A stretch of 62,994 nucleotides of DNA, the filler included, from Saprolegnia diclina VS20 (Eukaryota): the NCBI RefSeq assembly GCF_000281045.1. It is 5 parts of 2 records of this genome, joined end to end, with 100 filler letters (N's around TTAATTAATTAA, not from the genome) between each part and the next. Parts side by side here need not be neighbours in the genome. Positions count along the whole stretch, not along the records: positions 61,467 to 62,994 come from NW_008246111.1; 4 more parts are not named here. One strand, written 5' to 3'. The notes beneath the pieces were generated by a model. That model made no database searches. It was not told the DNA's origin and worked only from the letters and a program-made list of their open reading frames with translations. The stretch's first letter is position 1. Each line of letters starts with the position of its first letter. A program made the translations under genes and the position numbers. This document shows positions 61,582-62,994 of the stretch, in pieces.

Positions 61582-62994
61582 TCAGAGCATCGGGTGCCAA
61601 TCGCGGTTCAAGCCTTCGACTGACATTCGCGGCAGCCGTTCAAGTCGTGGCACGTCATGCGTAGCGCAGTAGGCGTCGTACGCGCAGTAGGCAGCGTCGA
61701 GATCGACAAAGGATGTCGCTGTTGCCTTGGCGATCGACACGAGCTTCTCTTGGAGAAAGTACCGCCGCGGCGGCAACGTCGTCTGGCTTTGGAAAGCTCG
61801 TGGTTCATGGGTGCAGAACGTGCCGAGACGAGCGGAATTACGCATGGCGCACGTCGTGCAAAATGGAAAATGGCCCGTTGGACACGCGGCGCACGCGACA
61901 AAGCCGCCAACGATCGGCTTGTAGCAATTCAAGCAGCTCGCGGGCCACGTCTCGGGCGCGGGGTCGTCTGTCGACTCGAGATAGCGACGCACGTGGTGCC
62001 AGTTGTCGAGCGCGGTGGTAGGGACAGTCGCACAAAAGCGAAAGAACGACCACGCCATTTGCTTGCACGGGAGGTTGGTCAAGGCCTGTGCAAAGGCCGT
62101 CGCCGCCGCGTCCACATTGCCGTCCGCCCAGTGCGCGAGGCCCAGCGCTTCTTGCACTAATGGTCGCATTCTTAAACTAAGAGCGTGGAAGCAACCTCGT
62201 ACCGTGCGCCAAAAAGTCAACAACTGTCGGCCGATCCGCCATCAACGCTTCGAGGCGAAGGAGCTGCGTCATGGCGTCGCGGGTGTTACCGGCCATGAGC
62301 TCCAAGATCGCGACATTGATCTTGCTGACCATCGTCGTGGTATTCTCTGGCCCGAGTGTCCGGTCACTTGTCGCGACGAGACGCTTGGTCCATGATAGCG
62401 CCTGCGCCACCTTGCCCTGTTGCGCGAGGGCGCCGGCGAGGCTCAGGATTGTCGAGATTGTCGCATGGTGATCTGCACCAAGCGTTGCGTCTTCCACGGC
62501 CAGCGCCTTTTGAAGCCAGCGGGCTGCGACGCGCGGCATGAAGAGCTGGTTGTAGTCGCGGCCGACGCAGCTCATCGTCTCCGCGGTCCGCGCATCGCCA
62601 AGGCCAAACTTGTGGCGTTGGAGCTCGAAGAGCTTAAGGTGCTCGCGCAAGGCGCCAGGAATGTCGTGTTGTCGCTCCAGCGCCGACGCATAGTTCCAGC
62701 GCACCGAGAGCGCTTCGTCACTGGCGGCACCGCCGTGGGTTTCGAGCGCGGCGAGCGTCGCCGCAAAGATCGGCGCCCACTCACTCATTGGTCGGCCCTG
62801 GCTCGCGATCGACATGGCCAAGAAGCCTTGCGCTTGGAGTGTCGTGATGTCATGGGGGCCATGGACTTGCGTAAAGGCGTCGACGCCGCGCCGGGCACAG
62901 CGCTCGCTTTGATCGTGCTTGTCGTCGAGGCCGTAGATGTGACCGAGCTGTTGCCACCGCAGCGCCTTTTGCTCCAAAGACGCCGTCGACGCGA
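61582..62994 (-). CDS. Kinesin-light-chain-type TPR protein with C-terminal ZZ-like zinc finger (5' end outside window)
   Basis: 42-aa-type TPRs (HGPHDITTL, LGADHHATI, LGPENTTTM); intron ~62158-62202; CLNC..IVG....CAAC...FPFCTTC. Confidence 0.8.

Noticed and set aside
62158..62223. Apparent frameshift between the TPR and Zn-finger ORFs
   Set aside because: Explained by a GTACG...ATTAG intron that restores the frame

Overview
Gene-dense, GC-rich eukaryotic scaffold segment with short GT-AG introns and oomycete INR/FPR-type core promoters. It is almost certainly an oomycete, probably Saprolegniales (e.g. Saprolegnia). About 28 protein-coding loci are supported. Housekeeping genes include EEF1AKMT1, an ENT transporter, TRM13, NUP205, a PMCA-type Ca-ATPase, DUF1295, an AKAP17A-like protein, IMPACT, a METTL21-family methyltransferase and an annexin. 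The more unusual items are: (i) a tandem cluster of three thaumatin-like secreted proteins with swapped C-terminal modules (2xCBM1, 2xPAN/Apple, none); (ii) a head-to-head pair of secreted EGF/mastigoneme-like genes sharing a mirror-symmetric TTTAACG promoter, one carrying a long fibre-like beta-repeat tail; (iii) a TSET TTRAY2/TWD40-2-like gene fused to a LamG domain; (iv) a probable PEX8 homologue ending in a PTS1-like SML; (v) a TULIP plus 4xPDZ protein; (vi) an intronless bacterial-type DUF4260 gene whose upstream region is duplicated at the point where an APC permease is truncated. Six assembly gaps break several genes, and four contain an artificial TTAATTAATTAA linker. No rRNA, tRNA, CRISPR array or intact transposon was recognised. 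Family calls rest on motif recognition from memory, not on database searches, and exon boundaries are approximate.
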